From Mesotaenium endlicherianum (lineage: Eukaryota), in the NCBI GenBank assembly GCA_009602735.1, contig WELA01003606.1:779602-824055 (forward strand): DNA of 44,454 bases, in the 5' to 3' direction. The translations under genes were made by a program, and so were the position numbers. Shown piece by piece: positions 27,134 through 40,760 of the stretch. The stretch's first letter is position 1; each line of letters starts with the position of its first letter. The notes under the pieces were generated by a model. It did not search any database. It saw nothing but the letters and a program-made list of their open reading frames with translations, and was not told the DNA's origin.

Positions 27134-30100
27134 TGGATTGTTCTTATCAGGGAGGTTTTTACGCAAATATTCTGGTTTGAGGTTGTCCGAGCTGAACTTT
27201 CAGGCATCGGTCTGTCACCACTAGTCTTTTGCCAAAACTGATTTTAATTGTTTTTGTCAGAAGTACTGCTAAAATGCTCTCGCTTTGAGGTGGTCATCGT
27301 TTCGGTACGTAGATTACATTCCACATTCACCACGCCTTCACTATTCATTCATTCTAGTTATTACTTTCACAAGCGGTTTATAGTATGATATCCTCAATTG
27401 GTCTGAAATGTCTGTCTTTGGCGTTGCAAGATCGTGGTTGCTGGCTATAGAGTCAAATTATAGCAAGACTTGCGACGTAGTTCTGACCATGTCAGTGCGT
27501 ATTACCATCGATTATGGAGAATAGTGCTGTTTCTAACATTCAAATTTGGAGTACATTTGACGATGGATGCACACGTTTGAAGTGGTGCAGTTAGCTTGGA
27601 TGTGCGGTGATAGGAGCATAGGACCAGGATAAGGGTAGAGCCGGTACGAACTAGGAGGCGCACCTACTGGACCAGGAGGAGCCACCCATCGACGGGGAGT
27701 GGAGCAGGGGAGCATTGGTAGAGCGTTTGGTGGGTGCAAAGGGGCAATCAATCAGTGGGGAGGGAAAGCTGTGAGACAAGGAATGGATTGTTGCAGGCCT
27801 CAGGCCTCAGAATATTTTGCAGGAAGTTGGCCGCCTTTGGAGCAGCTTGGATGGCATGGTCGAGCCGAGCAAAGGTGTTATCGCACTGGCATAGTTGGGC
27901 CGAGCAAGGGAAAGTGTTATTGGACTGAGCAGTATTGGGGTTGACCACGGGGGGATGACTAACGGGGACTGGCCTCCACACCAAGTAGCGAGCCGGTGTT
28001 GAAGTTGCGAAACTGAAGTAGAATCAGAACTAGAGACAGAAGCCCAACAAATTATTTTATTTCTTTGTTCAATGCTTTCAATATCATAAAAATCAACTAT
28101 TAGAATCTGCACTATTGAGCAGTAACATGAAAAGCAAAGAAGCAAATACCGCACCCAGTTTTGCATTCATCTTACTAAAATAGCTTATATTGCTAGCATA
28201 ACTTGTTTTGATGCGAAAATCATTGCTTTTTGAACACAACATTGATGTGGATTGCAAATTCCTTTTCTCATAAAAATATAGCTTATTCTTGCTACAAACT
28301 ATTGCTGCAAGTCATAACCGCATCATAAGTCTCTTAAGGAAGTGGGAAAGATGTGCACAACTTTGCGTGCGTGCCCTCGATATACACAAGCACCCAATGA
28401 CCATATTCTGATGGATTGGGCATGTGGTGCTTTGAACTAGAGCCCATCTGGTCGCCTCATTGTGCGAAATCAACACAAAAGAAGAAACACCTAACTCTCC
28501 TCAGCCCTGAAATAGCTGTATTCAAAACATCTCCGATACAACGCCCCAAGAGATTCTTGCAAGTGCTCCCACCCCACCGGCGCACAAAACGGTAAATTGT
28601 TGATACATATTCCCAGCACAAGAACAACAAACTAGACGAGGGTTTTTCCCTTCTTAAAAATAGTTGAAACATATCTCACGTGTACAAGAGCAAGAGCTCA
28701 TGCATGCAGGGCTTGCACGCCAGGGTTAGCTTAACGTGCACGCTCATCAAAGAAGCATACTTAGAGGCACGCATGCACAAGGCAGGCCACGATACGCTCT
28801 CTGCCGTTCAAAACAAATCGGGGAGTGGTCCTCATTTTCAAGTTGCAGCTCTCAACGGCCCTCATTCTTGGACCAAAGAGCACTTTGGAAAAGACAAACG
28901 AGCAAGAATGCATTGCTCTTGGGACAACCACACGAATTATTTAGTCATTTGATTATTTGAGTATGTGAGCATTCAAATAGTTGGTTATTTTGTCCTTTAT
29001 TCATGGATGACTTGATCAGAATCCTGGAGCCGTAAGTAACACATTGTATTGACATGCATACATGCATGTGCGCATGTATTGACATATGTATTCATTTATA
29101 GTGCACCTATGTACGACGCGTGATGAATGATTTCATCTCTCAAGCGATTAGAAGTAGAACACATCAAGGCTCACTCAGCGCGTCGGGCGGCATCCAGAGC
29201 CCAAGCCCTGCATGTAGACTGGCACCATTCCAACATTGTGATGGGAGGGACAGGCTAGTATATATGTTCTTTACACTCATCGATCACATCGAGCAAGCAC
29301 GGTCTTAACAACATGCCTCATACGCCCGATTGTTTATGCCCATTATAATTAACAACTATACATGAAAGACTTGCACTCCGGGTCGGCATTGCGATGCCGC
29401 CTGAGTGCACGCATGCATGCACTTTTTTATTGGGGGTGGGGGAAAGGGGGGAGGANNNNNNNNNNNNNNNNNNNNNNNNNNNNNNNNNNNNNNNNNNNNN
29501 NNNNNNNNNNNNNNNNNNNNNNNNNNNNNNNNNNNNNNNNNNNNNNNNNNNNNNNNNNNNNNNNNNNNNNNNNNNNNNNNNNNNNNNNNNNNNNNNNNNN
29601 NNNNNNNNNNNNNNNNNNNNNNNNNNNNNNNNNNNNNNNNNNNNNNNNNNNNNNNNNNNNNNNNNNNNNNNNNNNNNNNNNNNNNNNNNNNNNNNNNNNN
29701 NNNNNNNNNNNNNNNNNNNNNNNNNNNNNNNNNNNNNNNNNNNNNNNNNNNNNNNNNNNNNNNNNNNNNNNNNNNNNNNNNNNNNNNNNNNNNNNNNNNN
29801 NNNNNNNNNNNNNNNNNNNNNNNNNNNNNNNNNNNNNNNNNNNNNNNNNNNNNNNNNNNNNNNNNNNNNNNNNNNNNNNNNNNNNNNNNNNNNNNNNNNN
29901 NNNNNNNNNNNNNNNNNNNNNNNNNNNNNNNNNNNNNNNNNNNNNNNNNNNNNNNNNNNNNNNNNNNNNNNNNNNNNNNNNNNNNNNNNNNNNNNNNNNN
30001 NNNNNNNNGCATGAGCCGGACTTGAGAGGCGGGAGGGGGGCATTTGACGGGAGCACGGAGGCAGAAGGGGGGGGGGGCAAGAGAGGGAAGAGGGGGAGGA

Positions 30101-30932
30101 TTTTCGGGTTTAAGTTTGAGGTCTTCACACTTTGGAGTTTACGGTTAGGATTGCCAGATTCTTGGTTTTAAATCAGGGTCATATGTATCAGTTGGGGTCA
30201 CGCGATTTGAAGTTTGGGAAGGGGAGGGCTGCTCACCTCAGCACTCTTGGCAGCGGGGGGGGTCTGAGCTGAATTTCATGTGCTCGCACAGCTGCACCCG
30301 GGGGAAAGCAGCCAGCCAGCCAGCCAGCCAGCGGGCGCATACGAGATTGCGCTAGGTACCTCCTTGTCCTGGGCAAAGAAACCGAGGCATCTTCTCGTTC
30401 GTGCAGTCTGCCTCTAAGGGCATGCGTGCATGCCTGTCTCTGTTTTTGCATGCGTGTCTGTGCGCGCGTGCATGTGTGTGTGTGTGCAAGTATGCGAGCA
30501 CGCATTTGTATTGGGGGTAGAGCTGTGCTGCCCAAGCATCATGCAGATCTACCCTGGGGCATCACACCCTAGAAAGAGAGCAGAAGCTGGGGGTGAGCAG
30601 AAATCTCAGGGGCACCATTTCACACACGCCCCCCCGGCGCCAAACCCCTCTCCCTCTCTCCCCCCCCTGCCCCCCCAATAAGCCCAAAACCAACCCAGGA
30701 TTTTGGGTGTGGGTGGTAAGGGCGGAGGCTGGGGCACACGGGGAGAGCAGAAAGGGGGGAGCTCAATGCGAGTGCTGGACAAGCGTGCATGCAGGCGTGA
30801 CACGTACAGCGCCACATGCGTATGTACCCGTGTGCACGTGCGCATGCGCGTGTGCGCGCCCTCGCGAGCATGTGCATGTGCCTCTGCGCACGTGTGCGTG
30901 TGCGTGTCTATATTTATCTGTGTGCATGTGCA

Positions 30933-30935
<3 letters not shown>

Positions 30936-30981
<46 letters not shown>
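30936..30981. repeat. (TG)n microsatellite
   Basis: Pure TG run, flanked by TGCG/TGCA-type degenerate repeats. Confidence 0.9.
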
Positions 30982-30985
<4 letters not shown>

Positions 30986-31077
30986 GTGCGTGCGTGCGTG
31001 TGCGTGCATGCGTCTCCAATCCTCGCAAGAAATTCAGTTCAAAAAAATATCCTGGCAACTGTCGGAGGCTTGCAAAC

Positions 31078-31235
31078 GTGGAACACAAGAGTGATACTCA
31101 AACGGGAGGTGGATTGGGGTTCTCTCCGCTCGTGCCCTCCACAGCCTGGACGATCTTGTAGTACCTGTAAGACACACACGATCATACTCGTATTCACTCT
31201 TAGGCATGCGCCATGAGCGCACGTGCACACGCGTA

Positions 31236-31267
<32 letters not shown>

Positions 31268-33273
31268 TGGGTGTAGGAGAACGTGTGCTCTGTGTGTGCA
31301 CGCGTGTGTGCGCGCACGCACGCCTGCGTGTGGGGTGTGCGTGCGCGTGAGTTTGCGTGCGTGTGCATGTACGTGTTTCACAGCGAAAGTCTCTCCTACA
31401 AGCAGCGGACTTTCACATACATCCCCGCGCCGCTTCCTCCCTGGGGCAGCAGAGGCAGCAGCGCCGCTCCCTTCCTGGACTTCCGCAAACCCTAACCCAA
31501 AAACCCACAGCCTTATCCTCAAGCCCTACTTTCACGTCCACATCCCAAGCGGCCTAAACCCCAGCATTCCAGACCCACCTGCCCCTGTTTTCCAGACCCT
31601 AGCTCCGGAGGCTACGGTCCATGCCCTGCCCCAGCCACAGGAAACCCCACACCCCTGGAGCCCCCAGACGCCTCAAACCCTAAAACACCGGGAACGGGAA
31701 CACTTGAACGCTCACAGAACCCGGGCTCTGAGGACAACGCAGCCCGGGCTCGCCCACCCGGCCACCTGGCGCTGCTGCATCTTCAGTCAGGCCCCCGAGA
31801 GGCAGGGGGTTCACCTCAGTCCCCGCAGGCCCAACTGAGCCTTCCTTGAGTTTTTTTCACTGTCGCCAACTGTGGGGGGGACTGTGGACAAGGGCTTTCC
31901 CTGAACCCTCAATCAACCCTAACCTTAGAACCCGACTCCTAAGCCCTAAGCCCTTGCTACGTGTCAACAAGGGGAAGAAGCAATGCTTCCCCGCAAGCTG
32001 CGCGTCTCGAAGTCTGGCTGGTCTCCATGCCAGGGGTTTATCCACGGGCCAGTGTGAAACCGTCCCTGCAATCGAGCTACCCCCCCCCCCATCTCTGTCC
32101 TTCATGTGCCCCCCCACCGCCCTGCACCCTCCCGTGCCCTCCTCCCTCTTCCCTTCCCCCTATCTGCGTGTCCCCCTGCCCCCCTGTCCCCTTGCCCCCC
32201 AGTGCCCCTGGGCCCCTGTCCCACTGTCCCCTTGTCCCCCTGTTTCCCTGTCCCCCTTGTCCCCCACTCCCCCTGGGTCCCTGTTCCCCTGTCCCCCTGT
32301 CCCCCGTCCTCCATACCCCTAATTCCCCTGGGGAGGATACAAAGCAGTGTGCATTATGCTGCTGGCCTGATGGCACATGCACGTGCTTGCAGTGGGTGAG
32401 GGTTGAGGCGGGTGTGCCCGTCAGGTGGGGAAGATTTGACACTGGGGGGTGGGGGGTAGTTCAAAGAGTCGAACCACGAGGTGGGGAGATTTTGACAAGG
32501 GGGGTGGGGGTGAGTACTAGCAACCCAGGCTCAGCTTAAGGGGAGCAAGTCTTAGGGTGGGGAGCATTGGTTTGAGTGCTTGTTTTTTTTTTTTGGGAGG
32601 GGAAAGGGGGGGGNNNNNNNNNNNNNNNNNNNNNNNNNNNNNNNNNNNNNNNNNNNNNNNNNNNNNNNNNNNNNNNNNNNNNNNNNNNNNNNNNNNNNNN
32701 NNNNNNNNNNNNNNNNNNNNNNNNNNNNNNNNNNNNNNNNNNNNNNNNNNNNNNNNNNNNNNNNNNNNNNNNNNNNNNNNNNNNNNNNNNNNNNNNNNNN
32801 NNNNNNNNNNNNNNNNNNNNNNNNNNNNNNNNNNNAGGGGGGTGGGGGTGAGTACTAGCAACCCAGGCTCAGCTTAAGGGGAGCAAGTCTTAGGGTGGGG
32901 AGCATTGGTTTGAGTGCTGGTTTCTTTTTTTGGGGAGGGGAAGGGGGGGGGGGGGGAAGATCCAACACACCCATCCTCAGAGAGAGCCCCATGGGGGCGA
33001 TCGGAAAGAGGGGCCGCGAGGTTGAAGTTGTACACCTGGCTCTTGGCCTGGAAGCTCTGCTGGCACACCGTGAGCGCACCGCCTGGCGCCACGAGGGCGC
33101 AGCACAGCGTGCACGCCAGCAGCAGCGCCCAGTAAATCCCAGGCAAAGAAAAGGAAGGACAAGGAGATAGAGAAGAGGAACGAGAAGAAGAAGAAGAAGC
33201 AGAAGGAGGAGGAGAAGGAGGACAAGTAGAAGAAGAAAGATCTGGGAGACCGGAAGTTTCTGCTGCTTCCCAT
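31078..33273 (-). pseudogene. ATG27/mannose-6-phosphate-receptor-like membrane protein gene, apparently disrupted and only partly visible
   Basis: Exon ending at 32971 encodes a hydrophobic stretch then VCQQSFQAKSQVYNFNLAAPLSDRPHGALSEDG. Exon starting at 31164 continues YYKIV and, after a frameshift, ITLVFH. From memory this resembles the land-plant ATG27-domain family (YNFNLASP..PHGVLSEDGFYKV..VLWFQ). The nearest ATG (33273) is out of frame by 1 nt. Confidence 0.6.
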
Positions 33274-36200
33274 ACTGCTGCGGCCAATGCTCCCACCCCT
33301 TCCTGCTCCTCGCCTTCGTTTGCAGTTGCCCTGGTCCTGCTGCAGCTGCAGCTGCAGCTGCTGCTGCTTATGTGTCACGTCTACTGCTGGCTCCTGAAGG
33401 GGTTGGCTTGGTGCCAGCCCCAATAACCCTTGATTTCCTCCGCTTCCTTATTTCCTTGTTTTTTTTAACTCCGACTCTTCTCCCGGGGGTGAGGGCGCGG
33501 GGGTGGCTACTTAAGAGCAAAGAACGGGTGAGTACAAATGCACCGCGTTCAGAAAGGGTGCGTGAGAACCGGTCAGTCCAAAAGTGTCTGTCGTACTGTG
33601 AGGCTTCCAGATGGCGGGCAATCCAGGCAGGTATTGAAGAAATTATACAGATTGCCTGGAGACTACATTACTGGAAGCTGATGCCAACACCTGTGTTTGT
33701 CTCTTAGCTAGCGAGGACAATCAATGGTCGCGGGCCAGCCCAAGCTCTGATATCGAGCCTGCATTGTCAAGCCCTGGAAATGTCCAGCTGTCTTCACGTG
33801 CTGGGGTGTTGACTTTGCCCCTTCTTTGGTCAGATTATCGGTCAATAGGTCACCCGTTGAAGCTTCTGCCACTGAACCAGAGCATAAATCTCTTTTTAAA
33901 AATTGTGAATTTGAGAATGCACGATGCGGATGTTTTTCACTAGAAACAATAATCCATAGCCAGCAAACTACATCTTATCAGCTGTGACCAACTACATGCC
34001 AACAAGGTCTTTTATTGGAGTCGTCTGATTGTGTGCTTGAAAAAAACTTGCACCACTTGACGAGCTCTACGAGAAACCAAAGAACCCAAAGAACCGAGGC
34101 ACGCAAAACCATGTACGACTCATCTTGGTGTTCATTTTTAAATTATGCTTATGGATGCGAACGTGGAGTCACGTACTTATGCAGGGGACCTGAAAAATGG
34201 GGGGACCATGGGGGGGACCACGTTATGATCCCGTGACAGTCGTCGCAAAGCAAACGACGAGTGCACGGTGGTGCACGGCAACACAGGGCAATGACTACAA
34301 GTACGCCAGCACACGCCAGCATGGCGGCGACCATGGTGGACTATGGCTGGATCATTGGAGTCCGAAATTCTGGGATAGTGACAGCATGGGAACTTGTTGC
34401 TAGTAGTGAGTCTCATTGATTCGAGATGTAATCTCAAAAGAAATTGAATGCCCAAAGCTCCTCACCTTGTAACCGCTATGCTCACTATCTGTTTTTGTGC
34501 CCATTTAAAGTCTCCAAAGATAGTACATTGCTTTTGGCAAATCAATCTGGGCCACCAATCGGCAGCATGCCACTCAGTCGGATTCAGTCTTGTCCTCAAC
34601 AAGATCTGTGACCATCTCTTTCAGCTTGCCAAGGTGCTGGGTAATGATCCGGAGGGTTGCTCCATCCAGGGAACCGAAGCCTGCTGTAGCAGCCAAATTC
34701 AGTGCACAAGAGCTTAGGTGAGGAGGATTAAACAATTCCGGCTAGAACTGTTCCTCCTCTGGCTGTAGGGTTCTTGATTGAACCCTTTGAAAAATGGATC
34801 CCAAATTGCAGCGCATTGAGCTGCTGCGCTAGAGGACCCTAGCTGTCCTCAAAGGAGACATTTCTTGAATATTAGCGTGAGAAGGTAGAAACTATAGTTT
34901 GAGTCTATATTAACATGAGGAGGTAGAGACTAAAGTCTGAAACTCATTGTCAGTCACATTCGAGGTGTCAGCTTTTCCTAAGGCTCCTAAATGACTACTG
35001 AAGAAATGGTTTTGCTCAGCTCTGTGTTGTACCGCTCTGGCACGAAGGCAGGGCATAATTAGGGAGAGAGACAAGACAATACTCTAGTAGCACTAAACAA
35101 CGTGCATTGCAATGCTTGCGCATATATCTTGCTGGACTTATGTAGTATGTTCTCTATGTGCTAGAGTTGAACAAAAGGACTGCTATCTATTTTTGAGAGA
35201 GGAAAAACTTCGAAGGAACTATGAAGAGATTTTGAAAGATGCATGGCATTTTCGATTTGAGAATTTACTGTGCTTCAAACTTCGATTTGATCTCGCAAAT
35301 CAAATTTTCAGCAGTTTCAAAGTCCTCCCATCTGCAAGTCCAAAATTTGCCCGGTCATGATGTCATATGACTCATTATCACGTCAAGTATGTCTTAATAA
35401 AAACTAGAGTAATAGAAAATTGTAGAAGACACACGAGCAATACGATTGCATGCAAAACACACCCAGATGACAGGAAGTCGGTTGCATGATCATAGAAACG
35501 TATATTGGGGACAATTGGGGACTACCATTCACCACATCTTAAAAGCCATATGCAAGATGCCCACAAATGTGTACGACAAGAAAATTTGCTCATGTGGCAC
35601 CATGTAGAGGGGGCACAGAATGGTCATGAAAACTGACCACAACCAGGTACAAAAATATTGCAACTCCTATTTACACACTGCTCGCCAGTTTTCCGCAAGA
35701 GGAACACGAATACCCCCACGAGAGTGAGGTATGAACCAACAAAATATTTAGCCAATGCAATATATAACCTCAGCTTAACCTTTTGCAAATAAATAGTGGA
35801 CGATGTGTCCAGCCATGCGGACTGAGATGTCCGTCCAAAATGACATATATGACTAGAAGCTACAAGCCTAGAATTAAAATGTTAACCCAAAAAACTAATA
35901 TAACTCAAGGGCGTGTATGCCCAAAGGGCTGGACCAGGATGTGAAAGCCTCAGCGTCTGGAGAAACGCTTTCGTGTCTAGGTACCTCACGAGCACACAGA
36001 AGAGAGTGCTCAACATGCAAAACACTCATGATTCATGAAGGATGAATGGTGTAGCGTGTGCTTGACGGGGCACATGCAGGGCAAGTATAACCAGACCAGC
36101 TCAAATACGAAGATGAATAATAACAAGTCTTCACGGCTGCCCAGAAATATATAAAAGCCCACGCCCAAAAGGAAGGAAAGGAACAGGCGGAGGAGCGAGA

Positions 36201-36464
36201 TAGCCCCCATGCGCACGTGCTTGCGGGTGATGGCCAGACAAATAAGGAGAAGTGTCTCGACAGCACCCGCCCACACGCTCTCTCGAACTCTTGCACCTTC
36301 CGCTCCTGCAGAGTGTTGTGACCCAGAGTCTGCAACTCGAAATGCACATAACCGTGCTCACGAAACTCTTCGAATCGCATCTGCACCCAATGCCTGCAAC
36401 CTGCGTGTCGAGAGAAGAGAACTTCAGGAGGAATTTTTTTTTCCTCTGAGTGCTTCCTTCCTTG

Positions 36465-37652
36465 TCAATGCTTCTTGCTCGGCTTGACGTACGAGTCGCA
36501 GCTCAGAGCCTTGATGCTGTTGGGCACGTTCCTGCCCGCCACCTGGCCCACGTTGGTGAACCAGCTCTCGGGGTAGTCATACTTGGTGGAGTTGAAATTC
36601 TTCCATCCGCCGGGGATCTCCCAGTACAGCCCGCTGTAGGAACAATAATAGAAGCCAAAAAGAAGAAAAACACAAAGCCAAAAGAGCGGAAGGGGTCAGT
36701 ATCTCTACCATGTCTCTGCCAAAAGCTCACTGAGCATCATCAGCAGCACATAACGCAAGAAGCGACGGGACAGGCCTGGACACAAAGGGACATAGCGTAC
36801 GGTGTGTGTGCGTGTGCGTGTGCGTGTGTGTGTGCGTAAACAGTGCACCTGGTACCCGGCAGCAAATGGCAGCAAATGACAGGAAATGCCAGATACAATG
36901 ACCAGCAGGTGATTTTAAAGACGGAAGAAGCAGCAGCAGCAGCAGACGCAGCATCAGAGGGCAGAGGCCAGAGAGGGCAGGGGCTGCGGGGCACTCACTT
37001 GCCGTAGCAGTTCACCTGGTCCCACATGATGAAGCGGCCGCACCCCACGTGGTTCGGCTTCCCGTCGTTCACATTCCACCGGATCTTCAGCGAGTTCAGC
37101 GGCCTGTTGGTGGAGGGCAGCGTGAAGCACCCCACCCCCGGAACGGGGGCCTCCATGGTGTTTTCGGTGCCCTTGTAGCCATTCTGTGTGTAGATTGACA
37201 CGTAGGACCCCACGTTCACCTTGTTGACAGCTGGCGTGGGGGGAGGGGGGGCCACCACGGGGGCNNNNNNNNNNNNNNNNNNNNNNNNNNNNNNNNNNNN
37301 NNNNNNNNNNNNNNNNNNNNNGGGGGGGGCGGAGGGAGCTGCGACCGAGGATTGCATGCGGCAGGAGCGCGTGGGGAGGTCGTAGTTCTGCTGCACGAAG
37401 AACTTCTGGTCGTCCACGCCCACCAGGTTGTAGTGCTTGCCTGCAGCAGGACAGGCCAGATGGGGGGAGGAAAGTAAGTTGCATGTTGTGTCGGAGGGGG
37501 AGAGAGAAAAGGGAGGGAGAGGAAGAAGAAGAAGACTCCCACGCACGTGACTTACACAGTCACATGCACCCCCCACACATTACATAAGCATTTATACGCA
37601 CACAAACATGCATGGACGTGCCCACTTACAAATATACATGCACGAACGCACG

Positions 37653-37687
<35 letters not shown>

Positions 37688-38717
37688 GCGCGCGCATGCG
37701 CAGGCACGCGCGTCTTATCCACACAAGCTGACAGTTGTGCAACGTAGTAGCTCACAGCCACGTGCATAAGGGGGGGCGGCAAGCGGGCAAGGGTACCCGA
37801 GGGCGCGCGCGCGAGGAAAAGGTGACAGAGGGTTGGAGGAGAGCTACCAGCTGCGGTTTTGAGCACGGTGCCCCACGACCACACGCAGATGTCCGCGTTC
37901 TCGTAGCCGGCGGAGTTGTACCACGCGTTGAGCTGCGGGTCCGTCGCGGCCTCCTCGAGCTCGTGCGCGATGATGTTCACCATCCCGTCGGCGCCCGTGT
38001 CGCCATTGGGGGCGGCGTAGCCGCTGTAGAACTGCGAGGCGCAGCCGTTGATGCACTGCGTGGCGGGGTTGCCGACGAACGCGTACTTGATGGCCTGCCC
38101 GGCCACGCTCATGGCCGAGTGCCAGCCGCAGTAGTCCGTGCAGAAGCCCCCCTTCTGCGCAATGGGCAAGACCCCACGCGCACACAGGTGCCATGCAACG
38201 AGCGACAAGCGATGTTTGAATGCTGAAACGGGCCTGAACCGTGCAGAAGCCCGCCTTCCGCGCACGGGCGAGACGCCGAGCGCGCGTGTGTGCGAAGAGC
38301 CGCGGGGGACGAAGGAAGGAAAAAGGGGGGCAAGGCAAGGGGGAGCAGCGTGAGCGCGTGCAAGGTGCCAGCTGTCACGCAGGAGGCACAGGCAACAATG
38401 GCAGCAGTGGGGGGCAGGCGGAGATCAGCGAGAAGGACAAATGGAAGTTGGACACTACAGCGAGAGGGAGCGGTGGTGGCAGCAGCGGCACCAGCTGGCG
38501 ATGGGGGGGGGGGGGGGTAAGAGGAGAAACAAGAAAGAGTCGTAGAGGCCTCTACGGGCCCCTAAATTGGTAAGGGCTCTGGATTTACACTGAAAACATA
38601 CCCCTCACCCCTCTGAATGTGGAAGCGGCCTGGAGCTGAACGTGTCAAAGAGCGCCCATACATGCTGCCAAAAGGGGGGCCTCATCACATGCCGCTTATT
38701 TATTTCCCAGTACAATT

Positions 38718-38766
<49 letters not shown>

Positions 38767-39425
38767 NNNNNNNNNNNNNNNNNNNNNNNNNNNNNNNNNN
38801 NNNNNNNNNNNNNNNNNNNNNNNNNNNNNNNNNNNNNNNNNNNNNNNNNNNNNNNNNNNNNNNNNNNNNNNNNNNNNNNNNNNNNNNNNNNNNNNNNNNN
38901 NNNNNNNNNNNNNNNNNNNNNNNNNNNNNNNNNNNNNNNNNNNNNNNNNNNNNNNNNNNNNNNNNNNNNNNNNNNNNNNNNNNNNNNNNNNNNNNNNNNN
39001 NNNNNNNNNNNNNNNNNNNNNNNNNNNNNNNNNNNNNNNNNNNNNNNNNNNNNNNNNNNNNNNNNNNNNNNNNNNNNNNNNNNNNNNNNNNNNNNNNNNN
39101 NNNNNNNNNNNNNNNNNNNNNNNNNNNNNNNNNNNNNNNNNNNNNNNNNNNNNNNNNNNNNNNNNNNNNNNNNNNNNNNNNNNNNNNNNNNNNNNNNNNN
39201 NNNNNNNNNNNNNNNNNNNNNNNNNNNNNNNNNNNNNNNNNNNNNNNNNNNNNNNNNNNNNNNNNNNNNNNNNNNNNNNNNNNNNNNNNNNNNNNNNNNN
39301 NNNNNNNNNNNNNNNNNNNNNNNNNNNNNNNNNNNNNNNNNNNNNNNNNNNNNNNNNNNNNNNNNNNNNNNNNNNNNNNNNNNNNNNNNNNNNNNNNNNN
39401 NNNNNNNNNNNNNNNNNNNNNNNNN

Positions 39426-39496
<71 letters not shown>

Positions 39497-40760
39497 CGAG
39501 AGCGAGAGAGAGGGGGTGGGGGGCGGGGGAGCGCGAGCATACCTTCACGTCAGGGCTGGTCAGCACAAAGTAGATGCCGTTGGTGTCGTCTGGGAAGGCC
39601 CCCCCCTGGGAGCGCAGGGAGGCAGTGGCAATGGCTTGGATGTCGCCATCTGTCAACGAGTAGCCCCCGTTAGCTCCCCCGCGGGAGTATGAGTCCGACA
39701 CCTCGCCCTGCAGGACCACGCTGGGGGTGACTGTGGCCCCCCCCGGGCCGTAATACTGGAAGTTGATGGCGTGCCAGCCGGCGACGCTGGCCACGGTGGG
39801 GGCGTAGCTGGCGCGCGGCACGTTGAAGGAGTAGATGAAGTTGCGGACGATGGCCTGCGAGGTGGCGCTGGCGAGGCCCGGCTGGTTCCAGTTGCCGTAC
39901 CATATGAGGTACACCTTCACGGGCGCTGACATCACCGGGCCCCCATGATGGGTGGGCGGGTCTGCAGAGGGACAAGACCCAGGAGATAGATCAGGGGAAG
40001 AGAAGATACATGCATATTAAACGCGCTATGTGCACACCATAAATCCAGAATCTATGTAATTGGACACGGGAAGGTGAAGACTAGATGCGAGCAAAGTGAA
40101 GCTTCAGAATGAGGCTCATCCAACTGAACATTCTAAAGGGATCAGACAACACAGCAGAATCCAGACACCTGCTATGTTCTGCAACCCGGGAGTGTTGGCC
40201 AACCGCCTGCAACTCTGTGGAGAGTACCAGATTTCGAGAAGAACTACTAAAAATGTGCAACCAGCCTACTGGACTCAGTTCCTTTTCCATACAGAACCTT
40301 GAGCACGCCACCCCCGTACAATGCATCATCTGACGTCATCACATACCAACACCATTGGTGTCATTCTTCCCTCTCTGCCAAACTTTTAATTGCGCAATGG
40401 AAGAGTCACGCTAAGCTGCTGGTGTAAGAGCCAAGGCCACACTTGATCCCAGCCAGAGCACAGAAAATTTGCCTGGAGCCACAATCAAGGAAGAAGTATG
40501 GAGGACCGGGAGCAAACGGCCACACCTTGGGCGGCCTCCTTGGCACTGAGCGCGGTCTCCACCCACGTCAGAGTTCCATTGCGCTCCTTCTTCTTGTGCC
40601 TCGGTTTAACAACCTGGGCACCCTTGGTCGCCGTCGTGATGGACGTCACAACGGGTCTAATACGGCGGACGCCTTGCGGCCTTGCCTCTACCTGGCAGCT
40701 CATCGTGGCCGCCACGAATAGGAGCAGCCATATGCATCCCCCCAGAGAGATTTTTGCCAT
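36465..40760 (-). CDS. EXORDIUM/PHI-1 family secreted protein with C-terminal extension; exons 40760-40526, 39961-39543, 38154-37848, 37440-36999, 36633-36465
   Basis: Signal peptide MAKISLGGCIWLLLFVAATMSCQVEA; Phi_1 motifs HGGPVM, VYLIWYGNW, IYFVLTSPDV, GFCTDYCGWH, YAFVGNP, APNGDTGADGMVNIIAHELEEAATDPQLNAWY, ENADIC, FFVQQNYD. All introns are GT-AG and in phase; an N gap lies in the Pro-rich linker. Confidence 0.92.
38720..39510. repeat. (GA)n microsatellite spanning an assembly gap, intronic
   Basis: GA runs on both sides of the Ns at 38767-39425. Confidence 0.9.

Noticed and set aside
27533..28000. Coding-looking GC-balanced segment, also seen at 34180-34870
   Set aside because: Contains stops and no motif I recognise; cannot be assigned without a search.
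29318..30171. Long ORFs in the track here, and likewise at 32517-32877 and 38605-39673
   Set aside because: They are open only because they run through Ns and microsatellites.
30430..32540. Many overlapping Cys/Val-, His/Thr- and Pro-rich ORFs, plus scattered AACCCTA-like motifs
   Set aside because: Translations of TG/TGCG and TGTCCCC low-complexity intronic sequence; the telomere-like motifs are too dispersed to call an array.
32498..32950. ~115-bp direct repeat on either side of an N gap
   Set aside because: Near-identical copies flanking a gap are most likely a scaffolding artefact.
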